Shown piece by piece: positions 48,551 to 56,665 of a stretch of DNA of 64,000 bases. Origin of the DNA: an uncultured virus (IMG/VR IMGVR_UViG_3300034082_002096) (Duplodnaviria > Heunggongvirae > Uroviricota > Caudoviricetes); the IMG/VR virus record IMGVR_UViG_3300034082_002096, one strand, 5' to 3'. The notes beneath the pieces were generated by a model that saw only the letters and a program-made list of their open reading frames with translations, ran no database searches and was not told the DNA's origin. Numbering within the stretch: the stretch's first letter is position 1; each line of letters begins with the position of its first letter. A program made the position numbers and the translations under genes.

Positions 48551-49726
48551 ATGACAATTAGAAAATTACGAGCAGGAAGAGTAGCAACCGCAAATGCGGC
48601 ATCTTGGATAGGTGATGCAGGAACAATATTTTATGATGAAGTTACTGGAACATTAAAAATAGCAGATGGCGAAACACCTGGTGGTAGAAGAATTGTATTA
48701 AACGCAGAAGATATAAATCTTGCATTTGGTGATTTTGTTGCTGAGAATAATAATTTATCTACTGTTCAGCCAAACCAAGATTTAAATCTTATATCTAATG
48801 GACTTGGAAGTGTTAATCTGGTAGGAGAATTTAATGTCCATACTACTGCTGGCGGATTAACCAGTAATCCAATATTTGTAGTTAAGTCTGATGGACAAAT
48901 AAAAATAATAGTTCCACAACCTGACAATTTAGAAGGTGCTGTTGGAATTATAGGAAATAATGCGGGCTTATTTCAAGCACCAGTTAATTCAGGAGTTATG
49001 CTTCACATTACTGGACAAGAAGGAATACCTAGTAGAAGTTATAATGATGCACTTGGAGATTATTCTGGATTTGTTGGTCGTAGAGCGAATGGAACACCAA
49101 GTGCACCTACCCAAATCTTAGCTAATCAAGAAGTGTCAAGATATGCAGCTAATGCATTTACTGATCAAGGTTATCAATTGACTGGCCTTGGACAATTACG
49201 TTGGTATGCTAACGAAAATCAAACAATAAGTGCACGGGGTGGTAGAGCAGAGTTTTGGGTTACACCAAATGGACAAATTACCGCACAAATTGTAGCCAGA
49301 ATTGATCCACAAAACGGAATCACTGCAACACAATTTACTGGTCCACTATTGGGAAATGTTGTGGGCAACACAACTGGAATACATACTGGAATACATACTG
49401 GATTATATAATAGAGGTATTAGAAATGCAGGAGTTATATCTGATGGTGGAACACTTACTATTAATTTTGAAACCGATGATATAGTAACATGCACTTGGGC
49501 CAATGGCATGACCCTTGCATATACTAATTATACTGCGGGAAGAGTTGTAAAACTAATAGCAACTAAGATAGCAGGTAGTGGAAATGATTCATTGAACTTA
49601 GATGGTGTTACTGCCTCGCAAGTATCGACAGGCTCTACTACATTTACTTCCTCTGCGAATATTACAACATTTGTCGAATTGATTTCTACAAATACTTCTA
49701 TTACTGGATTGTTTATCAAACTATAA
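48551..49726 (+). CDS. Tail-fibre-like virion protein
   Basis: TAAATA; G..GTIFYD..TGTLKIADG.TPGG; Gly/Thr/Asn-rich. Confidence 0.7.
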   Translation: MTIRKLRAGRVATANAASWIGDAGTIFYDEVTGTLKIADGETPGGRRIVLNAEDINLAFGDFVAENNNLSTVQPNQDLNLISNGLGSVNLVGEFNVHTTAGGLTSNPIFVVKSDGQIKIIVPQPDNLEGAVGIIGNNAGLFQAPVNSGVMLHITGQEGIPSRSYNDALGDYSGFVGRRANGTPSAPTQILANQEVSRYAANAFTDQGYQLTGLGQLRWYANENQTISARGGRAEFWVTPNGQITAQIVARIDPQNGITATQFTGPLLGNVVGNTTGIHTGIHTGLYNRGIRNAGVISDGGTLTINFETDDIVTCTWANGMTLAYTNYTAGRVVKLIATKIAGSGNDSLNLDGVTASQVSTGSTTFTSSANITTFVELISTNTSITGLFIKL

Positions 49727-49727
49727 C

Positions 49728-49752
49728 AAAAAAGCCCCAATGGGGCTTTTTT
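49728..49752. terminator. Bidirectional Rho-independent terminator
   Basis: A6-GCCCC-AAT-GGGGC-T6 between convergent units. Confidence 0.85.
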
Positions 49753-49755
49753 AAC

Positions 49756-49986
49756 TGGATCATTTTTTTGCTACTGTCGCGTCTACCATTCCGCCACTCT
49801 CTCATCAAAGATACTAGATGTATTGTTTACACAAACTTATCCAGCATATATGAACCAATAATCTACCGTTCATACCACGGGGGTTCCATAAACTATCTAG
49901 TATCCATGGCGAGAGAGGTAGGACTTGAACCTACAATTTTGTTTCCAAAACAGTTCTTATCGCTTTAATTTTGCTGAACTGATCCA
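49756..49986 (-). ncRNA. Circularly permuted tRNA-like RNA (Y-RNA/YrlA-like topology)
   Basis: tRNA 3' half with T arm and CCA (49954-49907) precedes the 5' half with acceptor strand and D arm (49803-49773); stems pair across the halves; ends pair as TGGATCA/TGATCCA. Confidence 0.8.
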
Positions 49987-49995
49987 TAATAGGGT

Positions 49996-50252
49996 GGTAA
50001 GAAGAATAAGACTGATAATCAATGACAATATACAATACACAAATTACAATCTACAATTCTGGCAATGGTTCATATATTTCTGGTTAGCATATGCACAAAT
50101 TCGCGTATTTAATATACCAGAGAACACAAACAATTTCGATCATACGATCTTGCTATGAATATTTTCATCCCAGAGGATAGTGATTAACAATTCATTATTC
50201 TTCTTACCTTATGGTATACCTAACACTGAGTGGACAATATCAGGTATCCCAT
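49996..50252 (-). ncRNA. Structured RNA: hairpin plus 14-bp IR-closed domain with tandem WTTG repeats
   Basis: GGTAAGAAGAATAA/TTATTCTTCTTACC; 13-bp hairpin with three G-U pairs. Confidence 0.6.
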
Positions 50253-50259
50253 AAATTCA

Positions 50260-50826
50260 TTATAGTAATTGTTCTGTTTCCAGAATTTTTACTGTGTCTG
50301 CATCAAGACTAATTTCTGTTCGAACATTAAGTTCAAGAAGTTGATCTTGTAATACTTGTTTTTGTTTTTTCAATACTGCTGCATTAGTCTTAAATGCATC
50401 TAAATCTTGTTGCAGCATAAAAGATGTTTTTACTAAACTATCTTGCCCGTAATATACTTCACCACCACTTTTACTACGAATTTTATCAAGTTTACCAGCA
50501 ATGACTTTTTCATCAATCATTGGGCGTTGTTTAGCCACCGAAGAATATACTTGAATTTTCTTTTCAAGACGAGCAATATTAGTCAGTAGATCATCAATAC
50601 CAGAGGTATTATTTGCAGAACTTACACTTTTCCTAACGTCATACAATACATCAGTAAGAGCATCACGCCGAGAAATATTTTTTACAAATTCAATACGACG
50701 AGCATCAATTACTTCTGTTGGATTTTCAAACTCTGTAATTTCAATATCAGTATTAATACCAATGCCAGATAGTGCTTCGTTAATTGCAAGTTGTAGTGCG
50801 TTTGCCTTACGGAGAGAAATTTTCAT
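50260..50826 (-). CDS. DIP1984-like coiled-coil protein
   Basis: MKISLRKA start, helical heptads, C-terminal LQDQLLELNVRTEI. Confidence 0.6.
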   Translation of the reverse strand: MKISLRKANALQLAINEALSGIGINTDIEITEFENPTEVIDARRIEFVKNISRRDALTDVLYDVRKSVSSANNTSGIDDLLTNIARLEKKIQVYSSVAKQRPMIDEKVIAGKLDKIRSKSGGEVYYGQDSLVKTSFMLQQDLDAFKTNAAVLKKQKQVLQDQLLELNVRTEISLDADTVKILETEQLL

Positions 50827-50853
50827 GTGCTTTTTCCTTTGTTTGTATGAGTA

Positions 50854-50882
50854 AATATACTATAGGCGGAACATAATGTCAA
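50854..50882 (-). promoter_or_regulatory. Sigma70-type promoter
   Basis: TTGACA-N17-TATATT. Confidence 0.7.
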
Positions 50883-50916
50883 GAACTATTTTACGTTCCG
50901 CCTACTTATTTTCAGA

Positions 50917-52050
50917 TTACATCATGTAATCCATCATTTTGCCATAATCGAACTGAACAGGCGGTGCATTTTTAGTAATAATCAGTTTTGCTTCATTAGG
51001 CATATCACCAATCTTATACACAAATGTATTAGTTTCTGGATCAAACTGATGAATGTTATTTGATTTGAAACTGATATCACCATCGCTGTCAAGTAGAGAT
51101 TTAATGCTTTTCTTGAGAACAGCATTTTTCTTAAACATATGTTCAATCAAGTCTTCGTCGTCTAGTGGATTAAATTCCAAATCAAAATCATTCGGAGTAA
51201 ATCCACGATAAGTCGGATAAAGCTTTACATTGATTCCGCCATATTCAAAGTTGATGCAATGGGTGTCATCACGCCGTGTTTCAGGATCAATATTAAGAAC
51301 ACCAAGAACTTCGATAAGAGTTTCGTTATACCGATTCATTTCTTCAACTGCTGCTGCCAACATATCAAAGTTAAAATAGTTAAAGACTTGCGTATAACGA
51401 ACAACATCATCAATGTGATTTTTGTTTATCAGATTATCTTCGCAATATTCGCGAACAAACTTATTTTCAAGAGTATCAAACGAGAAGTTATAATAGATTC
51501 GTCCTGGGCGATTTTTAAGATATTCGCTCACATTATTTCGTTGATTTGTGGTCAACAAGAATAGTTTTTTACTTGGATACACACCGTCAAACAGTGTCAA
51601 GATTTTTTCTTGATCACTATAGTCGTATACCTTTTCAAATTCATCAAAAAGAATAATACATGGGCCATTAATACTTTGAACAAACTGGTTAAAACCATCA
51701 CCACAATATGGCTTATTGATTACCAAAGTAGGAATACCTTGTGATGCTGCATTGCGTGACACTAGCTTTGCTAGCATAGTTTTACCACTGCCTTTTACTC
51801 CATTGAGCAATACACCAGTAGTCAATGGGCGGCTAATAAAAGTGTTGATAATGCGTTCTGCTTTACGAGTGCAATCACCATATAGCTTTTTTGGAAGTTC
51901 AAACCCATCAATTGGTTCTAGCCAATATTGTCCAGACATTTCATTATATTGAACAATATAATTTTGTGCTGGTAGTGTTTCACAGACTTCGATGTTTTTT
52001 TCGTCCATCATGTGATATTTGTTGCCCATGCGGACTACATAGTGTGGCAT
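50917..52050 (-). CDS. AAA+ ATPase
   Basis: GVKGSGKT, LFDEFEK, TTN, NRPGR. Confidence 0.88.
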   Translation of the reverse strand: MPHYVVRMGNKYHMMDEKNIEVCETLPAQNYIVQYNEMSGQYWLEPIDGFELPKKLYGDCTRKAERIINTFISRPLTTGVLLNGVKGSGKTMLAKLVSRNAASQGIPTLVINKPYCGDGFNQFVQSINGPCIILFDEFEKVYDYSDQEKILTLFDGVYPSKKLFLLTTNQRNNVSEYLKNRPGRIYYNFSFDTLENKFVREYCEDNLINKNHIDDVVRYTQVFNYFNFDMLAAAVEEMNRYNETLIEVLGVLNIDPETRRDDTHCINFEYGGINVKLYPTYRGFTPNDFDLEFNPLDDEDLIEHMFKKNAVLKKSIKSLLDSDGDISFKSNNIHQFDPETNTFVYKIGDMPNEAKLIITKNAPPVQFDYGKMMDYMM

Positions 52051-52069
52051 ATTATTTCCTTTCGGTGAA

Positions 52070-52516
52070 TTATTGCAGGGGAATTGCAGTTACAGAGTTA
52101 AATGGAGAACCATCAATCAACTTGGTAGACCATACCAAATAGATCAACACATTTTTTTCAGAATCCAACATACGGCTTACACGCATTTCTTTGAACAAAA
52201 TGCTAGTATTTCGAGAAAATACTTCTTCGAATTCCGCATCTACTGTTCCTGTAATTTTTACAGGTCCAGTTGCACGACATGCAATAGAGAATCGAGAAGG
52301 GTCTTCTGCAAGACCTACGTAACCACTTACTCCACCAGTTTGAGCATAACTGACATAGCAGCTTGCATTTTCAACTTCTGGATCATCAAACCGTTCTACC
52401 GATACTTTATCGTTAGAACCAAGCAGTCGCCATGTTGTTTCAACACTACCAATAACATCAGCCGATGCAATAGTAGCCGTAAGCATAAGAAAAGTAGAAG
52501 CAAGAAGATTTTTCAT
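52070..52516 (-). CDS. creA: CreA family protein
   Basis: Signal peptide, FDDPEV...CYVS, EDPSRFSIACRATGP, LIDGSP. Confidence 0.88.
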   Translation of the reverse strand: MKNLLASTFLMLTATIASADVIGSVETTWRLLGSNDKVSVERFDDPEVENASCYVSYAQTGGVSGYVGLAEDPSRFSIACRATGPVKITGTVDAEFEEVFSRNTSILFKEMRVSRMLDSEKNVLIYLVWSTKLIDGSPFNSVTAIPLQ

Positions 52517-52549
52517 TCTGTTACCTTATTTGTGTTTCGTTATGAGTGT

Positions 52550-52578
52550 ATTATAGGCGATTCGTGTATGTATGTCAA
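52550..52578 (-). promoter_or_regulatory. Sigma70-type promoter with CGAATCG box
   Basis: TTGACA-N8-CGAATCG-CC-TATAAT. Confidence 0.8.
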
Positions 52579-52590
52579 CAAGAATTTTTT

Positions 52591-52667
52591 TGGTCCTAGA
52601 AGAGAGATTCGAACTCTGCCCTACGTGATCCACAATCGCGTGTGCTAACCGCTAACACTATTCTAGG
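52591..52667 (-). tRNA. tRNA-His(GTG)
   Basis: CCTAGAA/TTCTAGG acceptor, TT-GTG-GA loop, TTCGAAT, ACCA. Confidence 0.85.
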
Positions 52668-52675
52668 AATATTAT

Positions 52676-53461
52676 TTATTGTTTTGGTTCAAGAACTTTA
52701 TTAATTACACCAACTAAGCTATCTTTTTGATCATCTGATAGAGAATCGGTTTTTATAGCGTCTATGATAATATCCATTGCATCTTCCAACGGCATATCTT
52801 CGTCGTCCTCATTTTCATCTTCATCAATAAAGACAATTTTCGCAGCAACAATCTGCCCATCATCATTTCGTTTAACATAACACTCATATCCACCATCGCC
52901 ATAGCCAGAATGACTTGCTACACCAAATCCAACATTTGAGATACCAAGATAGTTATATTCTTGATGTGTTCGAGTGCGTTCTTTCATATGTTGAACAATT
53001 TGTTGATGTTTTTCATCGAACCTATTTTCTTCTTTCAGAAGATTAACATATTCTTCAATGAATTCGTCGTCGTATGTTCTTACTGTGGTAGTGACAATTT
53101 GTCCTGCTGTGCCAGCACATACCTTTCCATAAAAAGTATTTAAATCGCCATATTCGCCTGTCTCTCCATCTGGATATTGACTATCATCAAAAAATCCAGC
53201 TTGACCACTATCAACACCTACATTTACTTCAGTAAGTTCGTTTATATTTTCAAAAGAATAATCTTTATGCCAAATAAAAATTTCAGCAATTCGATCACCC
53301 CATCCTGTTTTAGAATCAGGAAAAATAAGAGTGTCAGCAAACCAGTCTCCTACTAATACATTATCAACTATTCCAGAACACCAAATATCTTTAGTGTAGC
53401 ATGGGTCAGTAACACGAATAGTCGAAGAATTTATTGTAAATGAAGTAATATTTGCTGACAT
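52676..53461 (-). CDS. Hypothetical protein (DUF4241-like)
   Basis: VTDPCY, VGVDSGQAG, SGYGDGGY. Confidence 0.7.
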   Translation of the reverse strand: MSANITSFTINSSTIRVTDPCYTKDIWCSGIVDNVLVGDWFADTLIFPDSKTGWGDRIAEIFIWHKDYSFENINELTEVNVGVDSGQAGFFDDSQYPDGETGEYGDLNTFYGKVCAGTAGQIVTTTVRTYDDEFIEEYVNLLKEENRFDEKHQQIVQHMKERTRTHQEYNYLGISNVGFGVASHSGYGDGGYECYVKRNDDGQIVAAKIVFIDEDENEDDEDMPLEDAMDIIIDAIKTDSLSDDQKDSLVGVINKVLEPKQ

Positions 53462-53484
53462 TATATTTCCTTTATGTTGAGGTT

Positions 53485-53513
53485 ATATTAGCTGATTCGA
53501 ATACTGAAGTCAA
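53485..53513 (-). promoter_or_regulatory. Sigma70-type promoter with CGAATCA box
   Basis: TTGACT-N8-CGAATCA-GC-TAATAT. Confidence 0.75.
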
Positions 53514-53519
53514 GTAAAA

Positions 53520-53840
53520 TCATGGTTGATATGGCATACTTCCGCCAAATAATGCACTTTGATCACCATCAATAAACCAAGGCATATCATCAATCCATAC
53601 ATCAATTTTAATTTTATGATTTTCCCACATAAAATATTTTTTAGGTTGAATATTGGTCCCAAAACATTTATCAGGACCGATAATTTTTCCTATAGTGTTT
53701 TTTGGATCATCCATATGATGTTCCGCTCGTGCTGATACACAATAAACTGTATGACCTCTAGATATAGAATATCTAGCAAATTCATCCCAAAGATGAGGGT
53801 CTTTTGTATAGGTATCATCGTAATCTAATGCGATAATCAT
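53520..53840 (-). CDS. Small HAD-like phosphatase
   Basis: IALDYDDT, VSAR, WIDD. Confidence 0.75.
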   Translation of the reverse strand: MIIALDYDDTYTKDPHLWDEFARYSISRGHTVYCVSARAEHHMDDPKNTIGKIIGPDKCFGTNIQPKKYFMWENHKIKIDVWIDDMPWFIDGDQSALFGGSMPYQP

Positions 53841-53861
53841 ATATTTTCCAATGTAAAGAAA

Positions 53862-53941
53862 TGGCACTCCTGAGAGGATTCGAACCTCTATGTGTCCAGT
53901 TACCCTTTCTACACGTTCGTAGCGTGAGGGGATACAGAAGT
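53862..53941 (-). tRNA. Non-canonical tRNA-Arg(ACG)-like RNA lacking a 5' D arm
   Basis: ACTTCTG/CAGGAGT-G-CCA; CACG-CTACGAA-CGTG; AGAGG-TTCGAAT-CCTCT. Confidence 0.75.
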
Positions 53942-53950
53942 ATATTGTAT

Positions 53951-54310
53951 TTATAAAAGTTTTAGATTTCCAGTAATTTCCATCAATTCACTGTGCAATG
54001 CAGGTCCAACAGCAATACATGTATTGGTAGGAACATTATTAAATTCAGTTTTTCCTGAATCTGTAATCAATGCGGTAATGATATTAGCAGATTTTGCTTT
54101 CTCCATAATATCAAACAATTCTTGTTCACTATCTACACTTACAGCAATCTTAGTAAATTGACCCGAAAGCCATGATACCACAGAAGGATGATCTAAATTT
54201 TCAAGAGTTGCTTTTAAACTTGCGTGACAGCCTTGTGCGATAAGTTTACCTTTACGCATGTTAAGGTCTTTTCGCATTATTATAATTTGTTTGTAATAAT
54301 CGTTTTCCAT
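53951..54310 (-). CDS. pth2: Peptidyl-tRNA hydrolase Pth2
   Basis: RKDLNMRKGKLIAQGCHA, ITDSGKTE, TCIAVGP, TGNLKLL. Confidence 0.93.
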   Translation of the reverse strand: MENDYYKQIIIMRKDLNMRKGKLIAQGCHASLKATLENLDHPSVVSWLSGQFTKIAVSVDSEQELFDIMEKAKSANIITALITDSGKTEFNNVPTNTCIAVGPALHSELMEITGNLKLL

Positions 54311-55571
54311 TATTTCTTATACTTTTTTAAAATATTTTCTGCTTGCCCCATCATTAGAGTAGCAGCAAGTTGAATTTCATCAAACTTATCTGGATCATCT
54401 GGATTGCAGTCAGTTTCTTCTATAAGAACTAACAATGCACTCATCCAATTTATGCAGCCTTCTAGTGTTCCGGTTAATTCATCCATTACCATTCTCTTGC
54501 TTTTGAATCTGCTATATCTTTTAATGCAAGAATAGTCATACTAATATTTGTAATTTCAATTTGACTAGTTTTTGCATTCCCATCCCAATCTTCGTCTTCA
54601 TACACAAGGTGTGTTTTGCCTTGTGTATGAATTATTTTGGTATGTTCGTCTATACGACTTACATAATAATCTGACATTATTTCATACCGTTTTTACGAAT
54701 TTTACGAGCAGCATTTTTGCTTACTTGTTGGAATACTTCGCCAAGATTGTAGTAAACAAGTTCCCATAGCCAGATTGCAGGCTTATGTGATAGTTCCCAT
54801 AATAGGGCAAACGGCCACATTAATACCCATGATGCGAGACGATTTTTGTTTGAAGAAGCTGACATAGGATATGAAGTCGAATCTAGAAATTGTTCAAACT
54901 TTTCTTCTGATTTTAGCTTATCAACATATTCTTCTTTTGAACTAGATGGAAAATTTATTTTGATCCATGATTCAAATGCCAATTGAATGTTTAGCTTATT
55001 TTTATTTACAAAGTTTGGAAATTTCCAAAAACCTGTAAAAAGTGAACCACATACAATATAAACAATTGCAAACAAGACAATGATGAATGGATTGCTTACG
55101 ATAGCAGCCCATACTGGCACTCCGAATACCCATTGTAGCAGTGATAGTCCAGCAATTAGTGTAATGGTTCCCATAGCAAAGTTGTCATATTCTGATACCA
55201 CAATCCCTACTGCCAAAAAAGCAAGTAGAAAAATACCAAACCATATGCCACTAGATAGTCCAAGTAGTAATATTTCCATTTATATTTCCTTTTTATTTTT
55301 TAATTCCAAGAGTCCGCTGAATTATTTCAAGCTGATCTTTCATTCCTTCTTTGTATGCATCTTCTAGCAAACGAGTAATTTGACTACGATGTGTATTTTT
55401 TCCAACCATTTCATCAAAAAAAGCAAAAGTTCTTGATCGCCAAGCTTTATCGTTCCACTTGGCGACCATTAGTTCACCTTCTTCATCAATATACCATTTT
55501 GTATATCCGGGACCATATCCATCATATGGATCATGTCTTTCGTCATTATATGGCATTACCATATGCTCCAT
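54310..55571 (-). CDS. Four hypothetical ORFs (54310-54492, 54486-54677, membrane protein 54677-55279, 55293-55571)
   Basis: Coupled co-oriented ORFs. Confidence 0.7.
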
Positions 55572-56047
55572 GCTAGATGTTTTGCTAAGTAATAGTCTGG
55601 ATAAGATAGATGGTCATATTCGTCATCTTTTAAGATTTTACGTTCAAGACGTTTATTTGCAGTGCGAACAGTTTTTTTGGACCACTCTTTATACAAAGTA
55701 TTACGGCCAGATTCATTCCACCAACCGTCTCTGCTAAATTTAGCATAACGCTTGATATTATCTTTAATTTCTGCATCAATATCAACATCATCATATACGA
55801 CTTTTACAGTAGCATACTGCCGATATTCTGGTTTTCTTATAGACCAGAATCCACCTTCTACTGGGAATCCACTATAATCACGTTTACGTTTTTCTTCGTA
55901 AATTTCCAAATCACGTTCAAACTTTTTCTTATTTTCATCGGTCATGATATATTCATAATGCCAACGCTCATAAGAAATATTACGTTTAATAAAGTGTTCT
56001 CTGGATTGTTCTAGAATCCATCTTGGCTTTCTATAAGTTCTACTCAT
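55556..56047 (-). CDS. Basic hypothetical protein (MSRTYRK start)
   Basis: GGAG SD; Arg/Lys/aromatic-rich. Confidence 0.75.
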   Translation of the reverse strand: MSRTYRKPRWILEQSREHFIKRNISYERWHYEYIMTDENKKKFERDLEIYEEKRKRDYSGFPVEGGFWSIRKPEYRQYATVKVVYDDVDIDAEIKDNIKRYAKFSRDGWWNESGRNTLYKEWSKKTVRTANKRLERKILKDDEYDHLSYPDYYLAKHLAWSIW

Positions 56048-56058
56048 TTTGTTTCTCC

Positions 56059-56105
56059 ATTAGGTTAGTAACCTAATCAGAGTCGTAATTAATCCAAAAT
56101 TTCAT
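56059..56105 (-). promoter_or_regulatory. Leader peptide MKFWINYDSD* with stop codon inside a hairpin abutting the SD
   Basis: AGGA SD, ATG at 56105, TAG at 56075-56073, ATTAGGTT-ACT-AACCTAAT then GGAG. Confidence 0.6.
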
Positions 56106-56117
56106 TTTAATTATCCT

Positions 56118-56642
56118 TTATCTTTCGTGCCATTGGCCCATCAGTGATTGAGCCTGCGTCATATGTTTATATAGTAATCCATTTTCAGAATCAGTATGGA
56201 CCCACCGTCCTTTTCCCAAAACTTCTTTGAACCTATATCGAGTATCATCGAATAGTATATAGTCTACCACATCTTCCGCATAGTTGTCAAGGTAATCTTG
56301 TACTTCGTATGCACGATCTTTGGCTTCCAATTCTGGATTATTCAGTGGATTGGTTTTCCAAGGATCAGCAAACTTACCACGAAAACCACTATTTTTAAAT
56401 GTAGTCATAACCCAATGTTTGGTCATTTCATGCTTATAATCAAAACCATCTTTCCATGTAGTCATCAAAACAAATGCAACCGGATATCTGTCCCACATTT
56501 TGTTACAAAAATCAATCGCAACTGGGTCAAATTTACTCCATTTCTCATATTCATTATCACACGAATAGTGAACTCTCGAAGATGTAAAAACACCATCAAC
56601 GTCAAGAAATGCAAAATATTTAGTTTTTTCAGGTCGCTGCAT
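56118..56642 (-). CDS. HAD phosphatase (RNA-repair type)
   Basis: FLDVDGV, TTWK, R..EV..YL, YILFDD. Confidence 0.8.
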   Translation of the reverse strand: MQRPEKTKYFAFLDVDGVFTSSRVHYSCDNEYEKWSKFDPVAIDFCNKMWDRYPVAFVLMTTWKDGFDYKHEMTKHWVMTTFKNSGFRGKFADPWKTNPLNNPELEAKDRAYEVQDYLDNYAEDVVDYILFDDTRYRFKEVLGKGRWVHTDSENGLLYKHMTQAQSLMGQWHER

Positions 56643-56665
56643 AACAAAACTCCATTATGTATATT

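Noticed and set aside
49756..49986. Two-piece (alphaproteobacterial-type) tmRNA
   Set aside because: Gene order is similar, but there is no G3-U70 or A73, a true D stem and variable arm are present, and a terminator follows about 20 nt after the 5' half, leaving no room for a tag ORF
49768..50158. Plus-strand ORFs 49768-49968 and 49925-50158
   Set aside because: They lie beyond a terminator, have TTG starts without an SD, and are antisense to structured RNA
49996..50208. CRISPR array or retron msr-msd
   Set aside because: Repeats are only 4-7 nt with no spacers; no cas or reverse transcriptase gene in the window
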